Made by a program: the position numbers and the translations under genes. From an uncultured bacterium (lineage in GTDB: Bacteria; Actinomycetota; Thermoleophilia; Solirubrobacterales; 70-9), in NCBI GenBank assembly GCA_963724915.1, contig CAVRWJ010000001.1:56677-120676 (forward strand): 64,000 nucleotides of DNA. The letters are read 5' to 3'. This document shows positions 21,353 to 30,711 of this stretch, one piece after another. Each line of letters starts with the position of its first letter. Position 1 is the stretch's first letter. The notes under the pieces are model-generated. The model was not told the DNA's origin and ran no database searches. It saw nothing but the letters and a program-made list of their open reading frames with translations.

Positions 21353-21910
21353 GTGCCGAACGCAACCCCCGCGGAGCTCGAAGCAGGACTCGACCACGTG
21401 CGAGCGGCGCCGGCCGACGCCGGCACGCTGGAGCTGATCGCCCGGCGCCCGGCCGAGGAGGAGCGCGAGCTGCTCGACGCGGGCGAGCTCGACCTTCGGG
21501 TCGGTCTGGTCGGCGACATGTGGGCCGAGCGCCCGAGCTCGTCCACCGCCGACGGCGGTCCGAACCCCGAGGCGCAGGTGACGGTGATGGGCGCGCGTGC
21601 CGCGGCGCTCGTCGCAGCCAGCCCCGAGCCCGAGCGCTGGGCGCAGGCGGGCGATCAGCTCTACGTCGACCTCGATCTCAGCCAAGCGAACCTCCCTCCC
21701 GGGACGCGCCTCCAGGTCGGCGAGGCGCTGCTTGAGGTGACCGCGGCCCCGCACCTGGGCTGTGGCAAGTTCTCGCGGCGCTTCGGGGTGGACGCCCTGA
21801 AGCTCGTCAACTCCGCCACCGGCCGCGAGCTGCGGCTGCGCGGCCTCAACGCACGCGTCGTGACGCCGGGCGCCATCGCCCGCGGCGACGCCGTCCGCAA
21901 GCTCGCCTGA
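21353..21910 (+). CDS. MOSC domain-containing protein
   Basis: Intact 185-aa ORF: ...LEVTAAPHLGCGKFSRRFGVDALKLVNSATGRELRLRGLNARVVTPGAIARGDAV. Confidence 0.75.
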   Translation: MPNATPAELEAGLDHVRAAPADAGTLELIARRPAEEERELLDAGELDLRVGLVGDMWAERPSSSTADGGPNPEAQVTVMGARAAALVAASPEPERWAQAGDQLYVDLDLSQANLPPGTRLQVGEALLEVTAAPHLGCGKFSRRFGVDALKLVNSATGRELRLRGLNARVVTPGAIARGDAVRKLA

Positions 21911-21983
21911 CCTTTCATCGGAGGCTCATTTGGGGGCCGTAGCGTCGCCGCGCGTCAGATCGAATCCCCCAAGGAGGCACACG

Positions 21984-22772
21984 ATGAAGGCTCTAACTCG
22001 CTCGTTGCTGGTCCCGCTGTTTGTCGCTCTCGCGGCGGCGGCGCTCGTCCTTGCGGACTCGCCGTCGCGCCAGGCGACCCAGGCACTCGCGGCTGCCGGC
22101 CCCGCCGCGGACGTGCCGCTCAAGGACGCCAAGCTGAACATCGAGCACAACGCGACCGACGAGGACACGGGATTTCAGGGGTTCGTTGACAGCGAGGGCT
22201 GGCAGCGGCTCAACGTGACCGGACCGGACGGCGAAGTGCTCGAGTTCGAGGGTCTCGGGACGCTCGGCGAGCTGGGGATGACCGAGCTCTTCTTCGAGAC
22301 GGTCGAGCCCCTGAACGCGGACGTGCCGATCGAGGACATGCTCGCCAAGCTGCCCGCCGGGGACTACGAGATCTCCGGCCCGGCGATCGAGAACGGCACG
22401 AGCATGGGGCAGACCTCAGGCACGGCCCTGCTCACCCACAAGATCCCGAAGGGGCCGAAGCTGCTCTCGCCCGAGGAGGACGCCAGGGTGCCGGTGCGCG
22501 GGGTCGTCGCGGATTGGAAGCGCGTCCGGAGAACGATCAAGGGCGAGCGGGTGAGGATCATCGCCTACCAGCTCATCGTCGAGAAGGACGTCGAGCCCCA
22601 CCGCCACATGATCGGCAAGTTCGGGCTGAGCATGTACCTGCCACGGTCGGTCACTCGCATGCGGGTGCCGAACGGGTTCCTCCAGCACGACACCAAGTAC
22701 GACTGGGAGGTGCTGGCGATCGAGCGGAGCGGCAACCAGACGCTCTCCTCCAGCGCGTTCAAGACGCGGTAG
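21984..22772 (+). CDS. secreted hypothetical protein
   Basis: The ATG is preceded by AAGGAGG. Signal-like MKALTRSLLVPLFVALAAAALVLA. No family recognised. Confidence 0.55.
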   Translation: MKALTRSLLVPLFVALAAAALVLADSPSRQATQALAAAGPAADVPLKDAKLNIEHNATDEDTGFQGFVDSEGWQRLNVTGPDGEVLEFEGLGTLGELGMTELFFETVEPLNADVPIEDMLAKLPAGDYEISGPAIENGTSMGQTSGTALLTHKIPKGPKLLSPEEDARVPVRGVVADWKRVRRTIKGERVRIIAYQLIVEKDVEPHRHMIGKFGLSMYLPRSVTRMRVPNGFLQHDTKYDWEVLAIERSGNQTLSSSAFKTR

Positions 22773-22790
22773 CCGCGTCGTCGGAGGCGC

Positions 22791-24161
22791 TCAGCCGAGC
22801 TTCGGGCTCGACCAGGGCTCGGCCAGCTTCTCGGACAGGAGCTGGCCGAGCCCGTCGGAGCCCACGCGCTCCTGCGCGAGCGTGTCGCGGTCGCGCAGCG
22901 TGACGGTCCCGTCCTCGAGCGTCTGGCCGTCCACCGTCACGCCCCACGGGGTGCCGATCTCGTCCTGGCGGCGGTAGCGCTTGCCGATCGAGCCGCCCTC
23001 GTCGTACTCAGCCGGGAGCAGGAGCCGCAGCTCCTCGTAGATCGCCCGCGCCCGCTCGGGCATGCCGTCGCGAGAGACGAGCGGCAGCACCGCGACCTTC
23101 ACCGGAGCCAGCTTCGGATGCAACCGCAGCACGGTGCGCTTGCGGCCCTCGACCTCCTCGACGTCGTAGGCGTCGACCAGGAACGCGAGCGTCGCGCGGT
23201 CCGCGCCGGCGGCGGGTTCGATCACGTGCGGGACGTAGCGCTCGCCCGACTGCTGGTCGAAGTACTCGAGCTTCTCGCCCGAGAACTGGGCGTGCTGGGT
23301 CAGGTCGAAGTCGCCGCGGTTGGCGATGCCCTCCAGCTCCGACCAGCCGATCGGGAACAGGTACTCGACGTCGGACGTGCCGGACGAGTAGTGGGAGAGC
23401 TCGTCGGCGTCGTGCGGGCGCAGGCGCAGCATCGCGGGCCGGATCCCGAGCGCCGTGTACCACTCGAAGCGCGCGCTGCACCAGTGGTCGAACCACTTCT
23501 CGGCGTCGGCGGGCGGGACGAAGAACTCCATCTCCATCTGCTCGAACTCACGCGTGCGGAAGATGAAGTTGCCGGGCGTGATCTCGTTGCGGAACGACTT
23601 GCCGACCTGGGCGATCCCGAACGGCGGCTTGACGCGTGCGAACTGGAGCACGTTCTTGAAGTTGATGAAGATGCCCTGCGCGGTCTCGGGGCGCAGGTAG
23701 GCGACCGAGCCCGAGTCCTTCACGGGCCCGACCGTGGTCTCGAACATCAGGTTGAACTCGCGCGCGTCGGTGAGCTCGCAGTCCGGCCCCTCGCCGGGCC
23801 GCTTCGACGGCTTCTGGCCGCAGGCCGCGTCCTCGAGCTTGTCGGCGCGGAAGCGAAGCTTGCAGGTCTTGCAGTCCACCATCGGGTCGGTGAAGCCAGC
23901 GAGGTGGCCCGACGCCTCCCACACCCGAGGGTGCTGGAGGATCGCCGAGTCGAGGGCCACGATGTCGTCGCGTTCCTGCAGCATCGCGCGCCACCACTCG
24001 TCCTTCACGTTTCGCTTCAGCAGCACGCCGTAGTGGCCGTAGTCGTACGTGGAGCCGAGCCCGCCGTAGATCTCCGACGACGGGAACACGAATCCCCGCC
24101 GTTTGCACAGCGCGACGATTTCGTCCATGGTGACGCCGCTCGGCGCCTGGGCATCGGTCAT
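22791..24161 (-). CDS. glyQS: glycine--tRNA ligase (dimeric class II GlyQS type)
   Basis: Intact 456-aa ORF: RRGFVFPSSEIYGG, YLRPETAQGIF, FGIAQVGKSFRNEITP, FRTREFEQMEMEFF, EPAAGADR, RYRRQDEIGTPWGVTVD. Confidence 0.95.
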   Translation of the reverse strand: MTDAQAPSGVTMDEIVALCKRRGFVFPSSEIYGGLGSTYDYGHYGVLLKRNVKDEWWRAMLQERDDIVALDSAILQHPRVWEASGHLAGFTDPMVDCKTCKLRFRADKLEDAACGQKPSKRPGEGPDCELTDAREFNLMFETTVGPVKDSGSVAYLRPETAQGIFINFKNVLQFARVKPPFGIAQVGKSFRNEITPGNFIFRTREFEQMEMEFFVPPADAEKWFDHWCSARFEWYTALGIRPAMLRLRPHDADELSHYSSGTSDVEYLFPIGWSELEGIANRGDFDLTQHAQFSGEKLEYFDQQSGERYVPHVIEPAAGADRATLAFLVDAYDVEEVEGRKRTVLRLHPKLAPVKVAVLPLVSRDGMPERARAIYEELRLLLPAEYDEGGSIGKRYRRQDEIGTPWGVTVDGQTLEDGTVTLRDRDTLAQERVGSDGLGQLLSEKLAEPWSSPKLG

Positions 24162-24204
24162 TGCGGCCTCAGGCTATCGGCGCGCCGCTGCGATAATCGC
24201 GGCG

Positions 24205-24504
24205 ATGCCCATCTACGAGTACCGCTGCGCCAAGGGCCACAAGTTCGAGATCTTCCAGTCCATGTCGGAGGACTCGCTGACGGAATGCGTGGAGTGCGGC
24301 GCCGCCTGCGAGCGCGTCCTCAGCGCGCCCGCGGTCCACTTCAAGGGATCGGGCTTCTACGCCACCGACTACGCCCGCAAGGGCGCGAAGAAGGCGGCGA
24401 GCGACGGCGGGTCGGGCGGGTCCGAGAAGGCGTCGTCCGACTCGGGGTCGGACAAGAGCACGAGCTCGGAGAAGTCGAGCTCCGCCAAGTCAAGCGACGA
24501 CTGA
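24205..24504 (+). CDS. FmdB-family zinc-ribbon protein with Ser/Lys-rich tail
   Basis: MPIYEYRCAKGHKFEIFQSMSEDSLTECVECGAACERVLSAPAVHFKGSGFY. Confidence 0.85.
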   Translation: MPIYEYRCAKGHKFEIFQSMSEDSLTECVECGAACERVLSAPAVHFKGSGFYATDYARKGAKKAASDGGSGGSEKASSDSGSDKSTSSEKSSSAKSSDD

Positions 24505-24507
24505 GCC

Positions 24508-25690
24508 TCACCCGGCGGGGCTGCAGACCGGGTCGTTCTCGGGCGGGTCGCCCGTCAGCTTGCGCACCGCCTCGACGCAGTTCTCGACCGGGACGATGAG
24601 CGGGTTGGCGCTCACGTCCACCGGCTCGAGCACCTCGGTGTCCGAGCTGCCGCCGATCGCGGCCGCGAACACGAACTGGGGCATCGCGATGGCGCCCATG
24701 TCGCTGACGAACGCCTTCGGGGCGTTCCAGCCGATCAACGGCCCCTTGATGAAGTTGATCGGGATTCGCAGCGGATCGGTCAGCCGGTCCTTCATGCCCT
24801 GGATGATCAGCTGCTGGAACTCGGTGCGGTCGAGGTCGTTGATCGGCTCACCGCAGGTCGAGGTGCGGGTGCGGGCCAGCGCCAGCGCCTTGTCGCCGTC
24901 CAGGTGGATCTCGCCCGGCTCGAAGTTGATCTTGAACGTGCCGCCCGAGATCTCGTTGCAGACCTCGCGGTCCAGCTCGATGTCGATCCCCCCGAGCGAG
25001 TCGATCAGGTCGCGGAACCCCGCGAAGTCGACGATCGCCACGTGGTTGAGCTCGATGCCGAGCATCTGCTCGACGGTCTCGACCATCAGCGGGGCGCCGC
25101 CGAAGCGGTAGGCGGCGTTGATCTTGTCGTTCCCGAACTCGGGGATGGCGGCCAGCGTGTCGCGCGGGATCGAGAGCTTCTCGAACGCGCCGCCGCCCGC
25201 GCGCAGGACCATGATCGAGTCTGCTCGCGCTCCCGTCGCACAGTCGCAGCGTGGCCTCTCCGGTCGCGGCGGCCTCGACGCACTCCTCGGACTCGGCCTC
25301 CTCCGAGGCGAACTCCGTGTCGCGGACGTCCGTGCCCAGCACGAGGATGTTCTGCGGGAACACGGCCATCAGCGGGTTGCTCGAGAGCGTGTCGCCCATG
25401 TCGGTCAGCTTCGACTTCTGGATCGTGGCCGACACCGCGAACGCGAGGAGGCTCAGGAGCAGCCAGCCGAGCAGCGCGAGCCCGATCCATTTCAGCCACG
25501 TGCGGCCCTCGCCCAAGGGCTTCGGAGCCTTCGGGGGCTTGTCGGGTCTCTCCTCGCCAGGCGCCGGCCGGCGGCTCGCCTTCTCGCGCAGCGAGGCCAG
25601 ATCGGGCTTGCCGAGCCGCGGGCCGCGGCGCGCGCGGTAGACCTTGTAGTCGGGCTTCTCGGGCGGCCCCCCCTCGTCGTTCGGTGGCAT
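24508..25690 (-). pseudogene. LytR-CpsA-Psr (LCP) family protein (one frameshift near 25225)
   Basis: N-terminal piece with TM segment and NILVLGTDVR. C-terminal piece MVLRAGGGAFEKLSIPRDTLAAIPEFGNDKINAAYRFGG...VAIVDFAGFRDLIDSLGGIDI. Length is 3n+1. Confidence 0.8.
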
Positions 25691-25709
25691 TCACTAGAAA
25701 TACTCGCTG

Positions 25710-26696
25710 ATGGGGCGCGAACCTTCAGCTGGGAAGAACGGGGCAGGCGGCGCGATCGGCGTCGACCTCGGCGGCACGAAGATGCTCGTGGGCGTCGTCG
25801 AGGCCGGTCCCACGGTGCACCACCGGTCCGAGGCGCCGAGCGTGGGGCTGGGCGTCGACGAGCTGCTCGCCACGCTCGAGGCCGAGCTTCGCAAGGCGCT
25901 GGCCGCGCATCCCGGCGCCCTCTCGATCGGGCTCGGGATCCCCTGCACGATCGACCGCGAACGCGGCGTCGCGATCAGCGCGGTCAACCTGCCGATCGTC
26001 GACCTGCCGATCCGCGACCTGATGACCGAGCGTCTCGGGCTGCCGGTCGAGATCGACAACGACGGCAACGTCGCGGCCCTGGCCGAGCACCGCTGGGGCG
26101 CCGCGCGCGGGGCGACCAACGCCGTGCTGCTGACGATCGGCACCGGAATCGGCGGCGGCCTGATCGTGAACGGCGAGGTCTATCGCGGCTCCACCGGCGC
26201 CGGGGCGGAGCTCGGTCACCTCGTGATCGATGCCGACGGCCCCCGCTGCCAGGGCAACTGCCCGAATCACGGCTGCGTCGAGGCGGTGGCGTCGGGCACC
26301 GCGCTCGGCCGGGAGGCCCGGGCGGCCGCCGAGCGCGAGCCCGATTCCGAGCTTGGCCGGCTGCTCGCCGCCGGCGAGGAGGTGAACGGCCGCGCCGCCA
26401 CCGATGCGGCGCTCGCGGGCGATCGGGTGGCGATCGAGGTCGTGGCCCTGATCGGGACGCGAATCGGCGTTGCGCTGAGCGGGATCGCCAACGTGTTCGA
26501 GCCGGACGTGATCGTCGTGGGCGGCGGGGTGATGGCCGCCGGGGAGCTGCTCCTCGGCCCGGCGCGCGAGGAACTGCGGGCGCGGGCCTTGCCACCGATG
26601 AACCAGACGGACGTCGTGGCGGCTGAGCTGGGCGCCGAAGCGGGCATGATCGGTGCCGCGACGATGGCGCTCGAAGAGCTACAGGGAATCCACTGA
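25710..26696 (+). CDS. ROK-family sugar kinase (glucokinase-like)
   Basis: GAIGVDLGGTKM, IDNDGNVAALAE, TIGTGIGGG, and the Zn motif GHLVIDADGPRCQGNCPNHGCVE. Confidence 0.85.
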   Translation: MGREPSAGKNGAGGAIGVDLGGTKMLVGVVEAGPTVHHRSEAPSVGLGVDELLATLEAELRKALAAHPGALSIGLGIPCTIDRERGVAISAVNLPIVDLPIRDLMTERLGLPVEIDNDGNVAALAEHRWGAARGATNAVLLTIGTGIGGGLIVNGEVYRGSTGAGAELGHLVIDADGPRCQGNCPNHGCVEAVASGTALGREARAAAEREPDSELGRLLAAGEEVNGRAATDAALAGDRVAIEVVALIGTRIGVALSGIANVFEPDVIVVGGGVMAAGELLLGPAREELRARALPPMNQTDVVAAELGAEAGMIGAATMALEELQGIH

Positions 26697-27523
26697 TGCC
26701 GGGGCGGCTGACGGTGTGCCCGACGCCGATCGGGAATCTCGAAGACCTGAGCGAGCGCGCGCGCCGCGCGCTGGGCGAAGCCGACGTCGTCGCCTGCGAG
26801 GACACCAGGCGCACGGGCCTGCTCTACGAGCGGCTCGACATTCCCAGGCCACGGCTTGTCTCCAACCACGAGGGGAACGAGGCGGATCGCGCGCGTCAGC
26901 TCGCCCAGGCGATCGAGCGCGGGGCCAAGGTGGTGCTGATCTCCGACGCGGGCACCCCCGCGATCTCGGACCCGGGCTTCCGCCTGATCCAGGCGTGCAT
27001 CGACCGCGGGCTCGAGATCGAGGTCCTGCCCGGGCCGTCGGCGGTGACGACCGCGCTCGTCGCCTCGGGGCTGCCCACGGACCGCTGGCGCTTCGAGGGC
27101 TTCCTGCCGCGGCGCGCCGGCGAGCTCGAGCGGGTGCTGGGCGGCGGCGAGACCGTGGTTGCGTTCGAGTCCCCCCGCCGGCTGCCGGACTCGCTGGCCG
27201 CGCTCGCGGCCCTGGCGCCGGACCGCCCGGCCGCGGTGTGCCGCGAGCTGACGAAGCTGCACGAGGACGTCACCCGGGGCACCCTGGCCGAGCTGGCACG
27301 GCGCTTTCGCTCCGAGGTGAAGGGCGAGATCGTGGTCGTGATCGGGCCCGCGGCGGACCGCACCGCGTCCGCCCCGGATATCGCGTTCGCGGTCGATGCG
27401 CTGCGCCGGCTGGTGCAGTCCGGCGCGCGCCCGCGCGCCGCCGCGAGCGTCGTTGCCGCGCTCACCGGGACCCGCGCGAATGACCTCTACACGGCGCTGA
27501 CCGGGCGCGAGCCGCGCGAATAG
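26696..27523 (+). CDS. rsmI: 16S rRNA (cytidine1402-2'-O)-methyltransferase
   Basis: LTVCPTPIGNLEDLSERA...VVACEDTRRTG...LISDAGTPAISDPG...LPGPSA...RELTKLHE. Confidence 0.9.
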   Translation: MPGRLTVCPTPIGNLEDLSERARRALGEADVVACEDTRRTGLLYERLDIPRPRLVSNHEGNEADRARQLAQAIERGAKVVLISDAGTPAISDPGFRLIQACIDRGLEIEVLPGPSAVTTALVASGLPTDRWRFEGFLPRRAGELERVLGGGETVVAFESPRRLPDSLAALAALAPDRPAAVCRELTKLHEDVTRGTLAELARRFRSEVKGEIVVVIGPAADRTASAPDIAFAVDALRRLVQSGARPRAAASVVAALTGTRANDLYTALTGREPRE

Positions 27524-27688
27524 CGAGTTTTGCGCGTGCGTTAAGCCCACCCGAGTATCCGTAGAAAACCGATATCGCGGGGCAGGTCGCGCGGTTACGA
27601 TCCGCATGAGGAGATTTTCCTGAGACCGGGGCGGGCCCGAGAGGGGATCCGCCTAGCCGGCGCGGAACGAAAGGATCCACGTTCCCTG

Positions 27689-29110
27689 ATGCCTGACCAA
27701 CAGGCTCGCGCGCGAACTCATACGGGCCAGGAGGGCCATGCGCTCGCGCGGACGCTTGCGATCGTCGCGCTGTTGGCCGGGGCCGTCCTCGTGTTCATGA
27801 CGCTGTTCGGGAACGGGGACGGGCACAAGTACAAGCTGCTGTTCGAGACCGGTGGCCAACTGGTGCCCGGCAACCAGGTCCTGATCGCGGGGCAGCCGAT
27901 CGGCACGATCGACGACATCACCCTCAGCGACGACGCCCAGGCCGAGGTGAGCGTCACGCTCGACCGGCCCATGATGGAGGGGACGACGGCCCAGATCCGC
28001 CTGACCTCCCTCTCCGGGATCGCGAACCGGTACGTGGCCCTGCATATGGGGCCTGACTCGGGCGACGAGCTTCCGGAGGGTGCAACCCTGGCCGCCGACG
28101 AGACAACCTCGCCGGTCGACCTCGACGAGCTCTTCGACCTGTTCGATGAACCCACGCAGCGGGCCCTCCGCGATGTGATCCAGGGCCAGGCGACGATCTA
28201 CGCCGGCGCCGAGGTGGAGGCGAACAAGTCGTACAAGTTCCTTGCTCCGGGCCTGGACTCCACCCGACGGCTCCTGGCCGAGCTGAACTCGGACCAGGTC
28301 GCGTTCGAGCAATTCCTCGTCACCGGCTCGCGCGTGCTGGGAGCGGTTGCCGAGCGCCGCGACGACCTCTCCCAGCTGACCGAGAACGCGAACCAGGCCC
28401 TGGGCGCGATCGCAGCCGAGAACTCGGCCTTCGACCGCTCGCTGGCCGCCCTGCCGCCGGCGATGCGGCAGGCAAACACGACCTTCGTGAACCTCCGCGC
28501 GGCCCTCGACGACCTCGACCCGCTCGTCGCGACGACCGGGCGCTCGACCCAGGACCTTGCGCCGTTCCTGCGCGAGCTCCGCCCGGTCGCCGAGAAGGCC
28601 GTCCCGGTGGTCTCCGACCTCAGCGACGTCTTCACGAAGAACGGCGGCAACAACGACCTCACGGACGCGCTCCGGGATCTCCCGGGCACCGACCGGGCGG
28701 CGAGCAACGCGGTACCCCGCGCGATCGCGGCGATGAACCAGACCCAGGACGAGATCGAGATCCTGCGCCCCTACACGCCCGACCTGCTCGGCTGGCTCGC
28801 GGGGCTGGGCCAGGCCGCGGCGCCATACGACGCCAACGGTCACTTCATCCGGGTCCAGCCGGCCGGCTCGAACCTCTTCACCTGGGACGACCCGGTGGAC
28901 GGTGACGACGACGGGGACGCCCTGACCAGCGACCTCATTCCGATCCCGCCCGCCGATCAGCTCGGCGACTACTTCCGCCCGCAGTTCGGCACCGGCCCGT
29001 TCACCCGCTGCCCGGGCGGCGCGACCCAGGCGATCCCGCTGTCGAATCCATTCGACGACGACGGTGCCCTTGCGGGCATCTGCGACCCCACCCAGGTGCC
29101 CCCGGGATGA
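27689..29110 (+). CDS. MCE-family (MlaD-domain) protein, 1 of 6
   Basis: N-terminal TM segment LAIVALLAGAVLVFMTLF and MCE core GNQVLIAGQPIGTIDDITL, followed by a long helical region. The stop overlaps the next start (ATGA). Confidence 0.9.
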   Translation: MPDQQARARTHTGQEGHALARTLAIVALLAGAVLVFMTLFGNGDGHKYKLLFETGGQLVPGNQVLIAGQPIGTIDDITLSDDAQAEVSVTLDRPMMEGTTAQIRLTSLSGIANRYVALHMGPDSGDELPEGATLAADETTSPVDLDELFDLFDEPTQRALRDVIQGQATIYAGAEVEANKSYKFLAPGLDSTRRLLAELNSDQVAFEQFLVTGSRVLGAVAERRDDLSQLTENANQALGAIAAENSAFDRSLAALPPAMRQANTTFVNLRAALDDLDPLVATTGRSTQDLAPFLRELRPVAEKAVPVVSDLSDVFTKNGGNNDLTDALRDLPGTDRAASNAVPRAIAAMNQTQDEIEILRPYTPDLLGWLAGLGQAAAPYDANGHFIRVQPAGSNLFTWDDPVDGDDDGDALTSDLIPIPPADQLGDYFRPQFGTGPFTRCPGGATQAIPLSNPFDDDGALAGICDPTQVPPG

Positions 29111-30711
29111 GAAGGCTCGCCGCGATAGTCGTCGTGCTCGCCGGCGGCGTCGGCCTGGCGGTGAGCGCGCCCGGCTCGGGCGGGGGTGACTCGTACCAGG
29201 TCCGCGCGATTTTCGACAACGGCAGCTTCCTGGTCACGGGCGAGGAGGTTCGCATCGCCGGCGCCAAGGTCGGAGCGATCTCCGAGGTGGACGTCTCGGA
29301 GATCGGCGAGGTCGTCCACGACGACGGCGGCGCCGAGTCGGGCAAGGCCGTGATCGTGCTCGAGATCGACGATCCGGCCTTCCAGGACTTCCGTGAGGAC
29401 GCTTCGTGCGTGATCCGCCCGCAGTCGCTCCTCGGCGAGAAGTTCGTCGAATGCAAGCCGACTCAGCCGCACGCGCCCGACTCGCCGCTGCCGCCGCCCC
29501 TCGAGCAGATCCCCGACGGCGAGCCCGGCGAGGGCGAGTACCTGCTGCCCGTCGAGCGCACGGCCAAGGCGGTGGACCTCGACCTGGTCAACAACATCAT
29601 GAAGGAGCCGTATCCGGATCGCTTCCGGCTGATCCTGAACGACCTGGGCGCCGGCCTCGCCGCTCGCGGTGAGGATCTGGAGGCGATCGTCGAGCGCGCG
29701 AACCCGGCGCTGCAGCAGACGAACGAGGTGCTTGCCATCCTCGCCAAGCAGAACCGGAGGCTCGCCGACCTGGCCAGCGACGGCGACGCCTCCCTCGCGC
29801 CACTCGCGCGTGAGCGCGAGCACCTGGGCAACTTCATCAACCAGGCCAACGCGACCGCGCAGGCGACCGCCGAAGAGAGCGTCCAGCTCGAGGCCGGGTT
29901 CGAGCGCCTGCCGGCGTTCCTGCGCGAGCTGCGCCTCACGATGCCGCGCCTCGCCGCCTTCTCCGACCAGGCGGAGCCGGTGTTCGCGGACCTCGGCACG
30001 GCGGCGCCCGATCTCACCAGGGCGACCCTGGCGCTGGGGCCGTTCGCGAGCGCCTCGACCACGGCGCTCACGTCGCTGGGCGACGCCGCCGCGGCGAGTC
30101 AGGACGACATCGTGAACTCGGACCCGATTCTCGTCGACCTTCGCAACCTGGCGCGCGATACCAAGCCCGGCGCCCTCAACCTGCGCGCGCTCCTGAGGAC
30201 GATGCGCAAGACGAACGGGTTCGAGTACCTGACGAGGCTGGTCTACAACACGGTCGGGATCGCAAACGGATTCGACTCGCTCGGCCACTTCATGCGGGCG
30301 CTCCTGCCGCTCAACAACTGCGTGGACTACGAGACGGTGCCGGAGTCCGGGTGCACAGCGGAGTTCCTGGACACCAGCCTTCAAGCCGCGGCGGCTCGAG
30401 CCCAGCAGCAGGGGATCGCGGCGGCCCTCGCCCGGTTCAGCCGCGGCGGCGATCGCGGTGACCGCGCCGCTCGCAAGGCGAACAACGGGGCGGAGGCGGT
30501 GCTGGAGGCCCTCGCGCCGCTGTTCGACGGGTCGGACGGCTCCCGGTCCGACGGTCCCGCGCCCGAGCCCGATCCGCCCGCGCCGGAGCCGGATCCGCCC
30601 CCGGAGGACTCCGCGACGCCACCGGCGGGCCCGAGCAGCGACACGGCGCGCATGCGGAGCATGCGCACGCTCCTCGACTTCCTGATGGACGACGGGGAGG
30701 CCGCCCCATGA
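29107..30711 (+). CDS. MCE-family protein, 2 of 6 (Pro-rich tail)
   Basis: TM segment AAIVVVLAGGVGLAV and core GEEVRIAGAKVGAISEVDV. ATGA overlap at both ends. Confidence 0.9.
   Translation: MRRLAAIVVVLAGGVGLAVSAPGSGGGDSYQVRAIFDNGSFLVTGEEVRIAGAKVGAISEVDVSEIGEVVHDDGGAESGKAVIVLEIDDPAFQDFREDASCVIRPQSLLGEKFVECKPTQPHAPDSPLPPPLEQIPDGEPGEGEYLLPVERTAKAVDLDLVNNIMKEPYPDRFRLILNDLGAGLAARGEDLEAIVERANPALQQTNEVLAILAKQNRRLADLASDGDASLAPLAREREHLGNFINQANATAQATAEESVQLEAGFERLPAFLRELRLTMPRLAAFSDQAEPVFADLGTAAPDLTRATLALGPFASASTTALTSLGDAAAASQDDIVNSDPILVDLRNLARDTKPGALNLRALLRTMRKTNGFEYLTRLVYNTVGIANGFDSLGHFMRALLPLNNCVDYETVPESGCTAEFLDTSLQAAAARAQQQGIAAALARFSRGGDRGDRAARKANNGAEAVLEALAPLFDGSDGSRSDGPAPEPDPPAPEPDPPPEDSATPPAGPSSDTARMRSMRTLLDFLMDDGEAAP

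Noticed and set aside
24162-24204. T-box or other riboswitch leaders upstream of glyQS and metG (37906-37944)
   Set aside because: The gaps are only 43 and 39 nt, too short for a T-box or any known aminoacyl-tRNA synthetase leader.
23118-26626. Long plus-strand ORFs 23118-24599 (493 aa) and 25118-26626 (502 aa); similar cases at 42994-44589(-), 48103-49563(+), 28969-30384(-) and 33457-35172(-)
   Set aside because: All are antisense or out of frame to well-supported genes (glyQS, LCP/ROK, DedA-PAP2, FAD oxidase, mce). Their composition is low-complexity and Arg/Gly/Pro-dominated, typical of GC-driven shadow ORFs.
27605-27622. Mini-ORF (MRRFS) in the mce leader as a possible leader peptide
   Set aside because: It is five codons long, with no RBS and no obvious attenuator pairing. 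There is not enough evidence.
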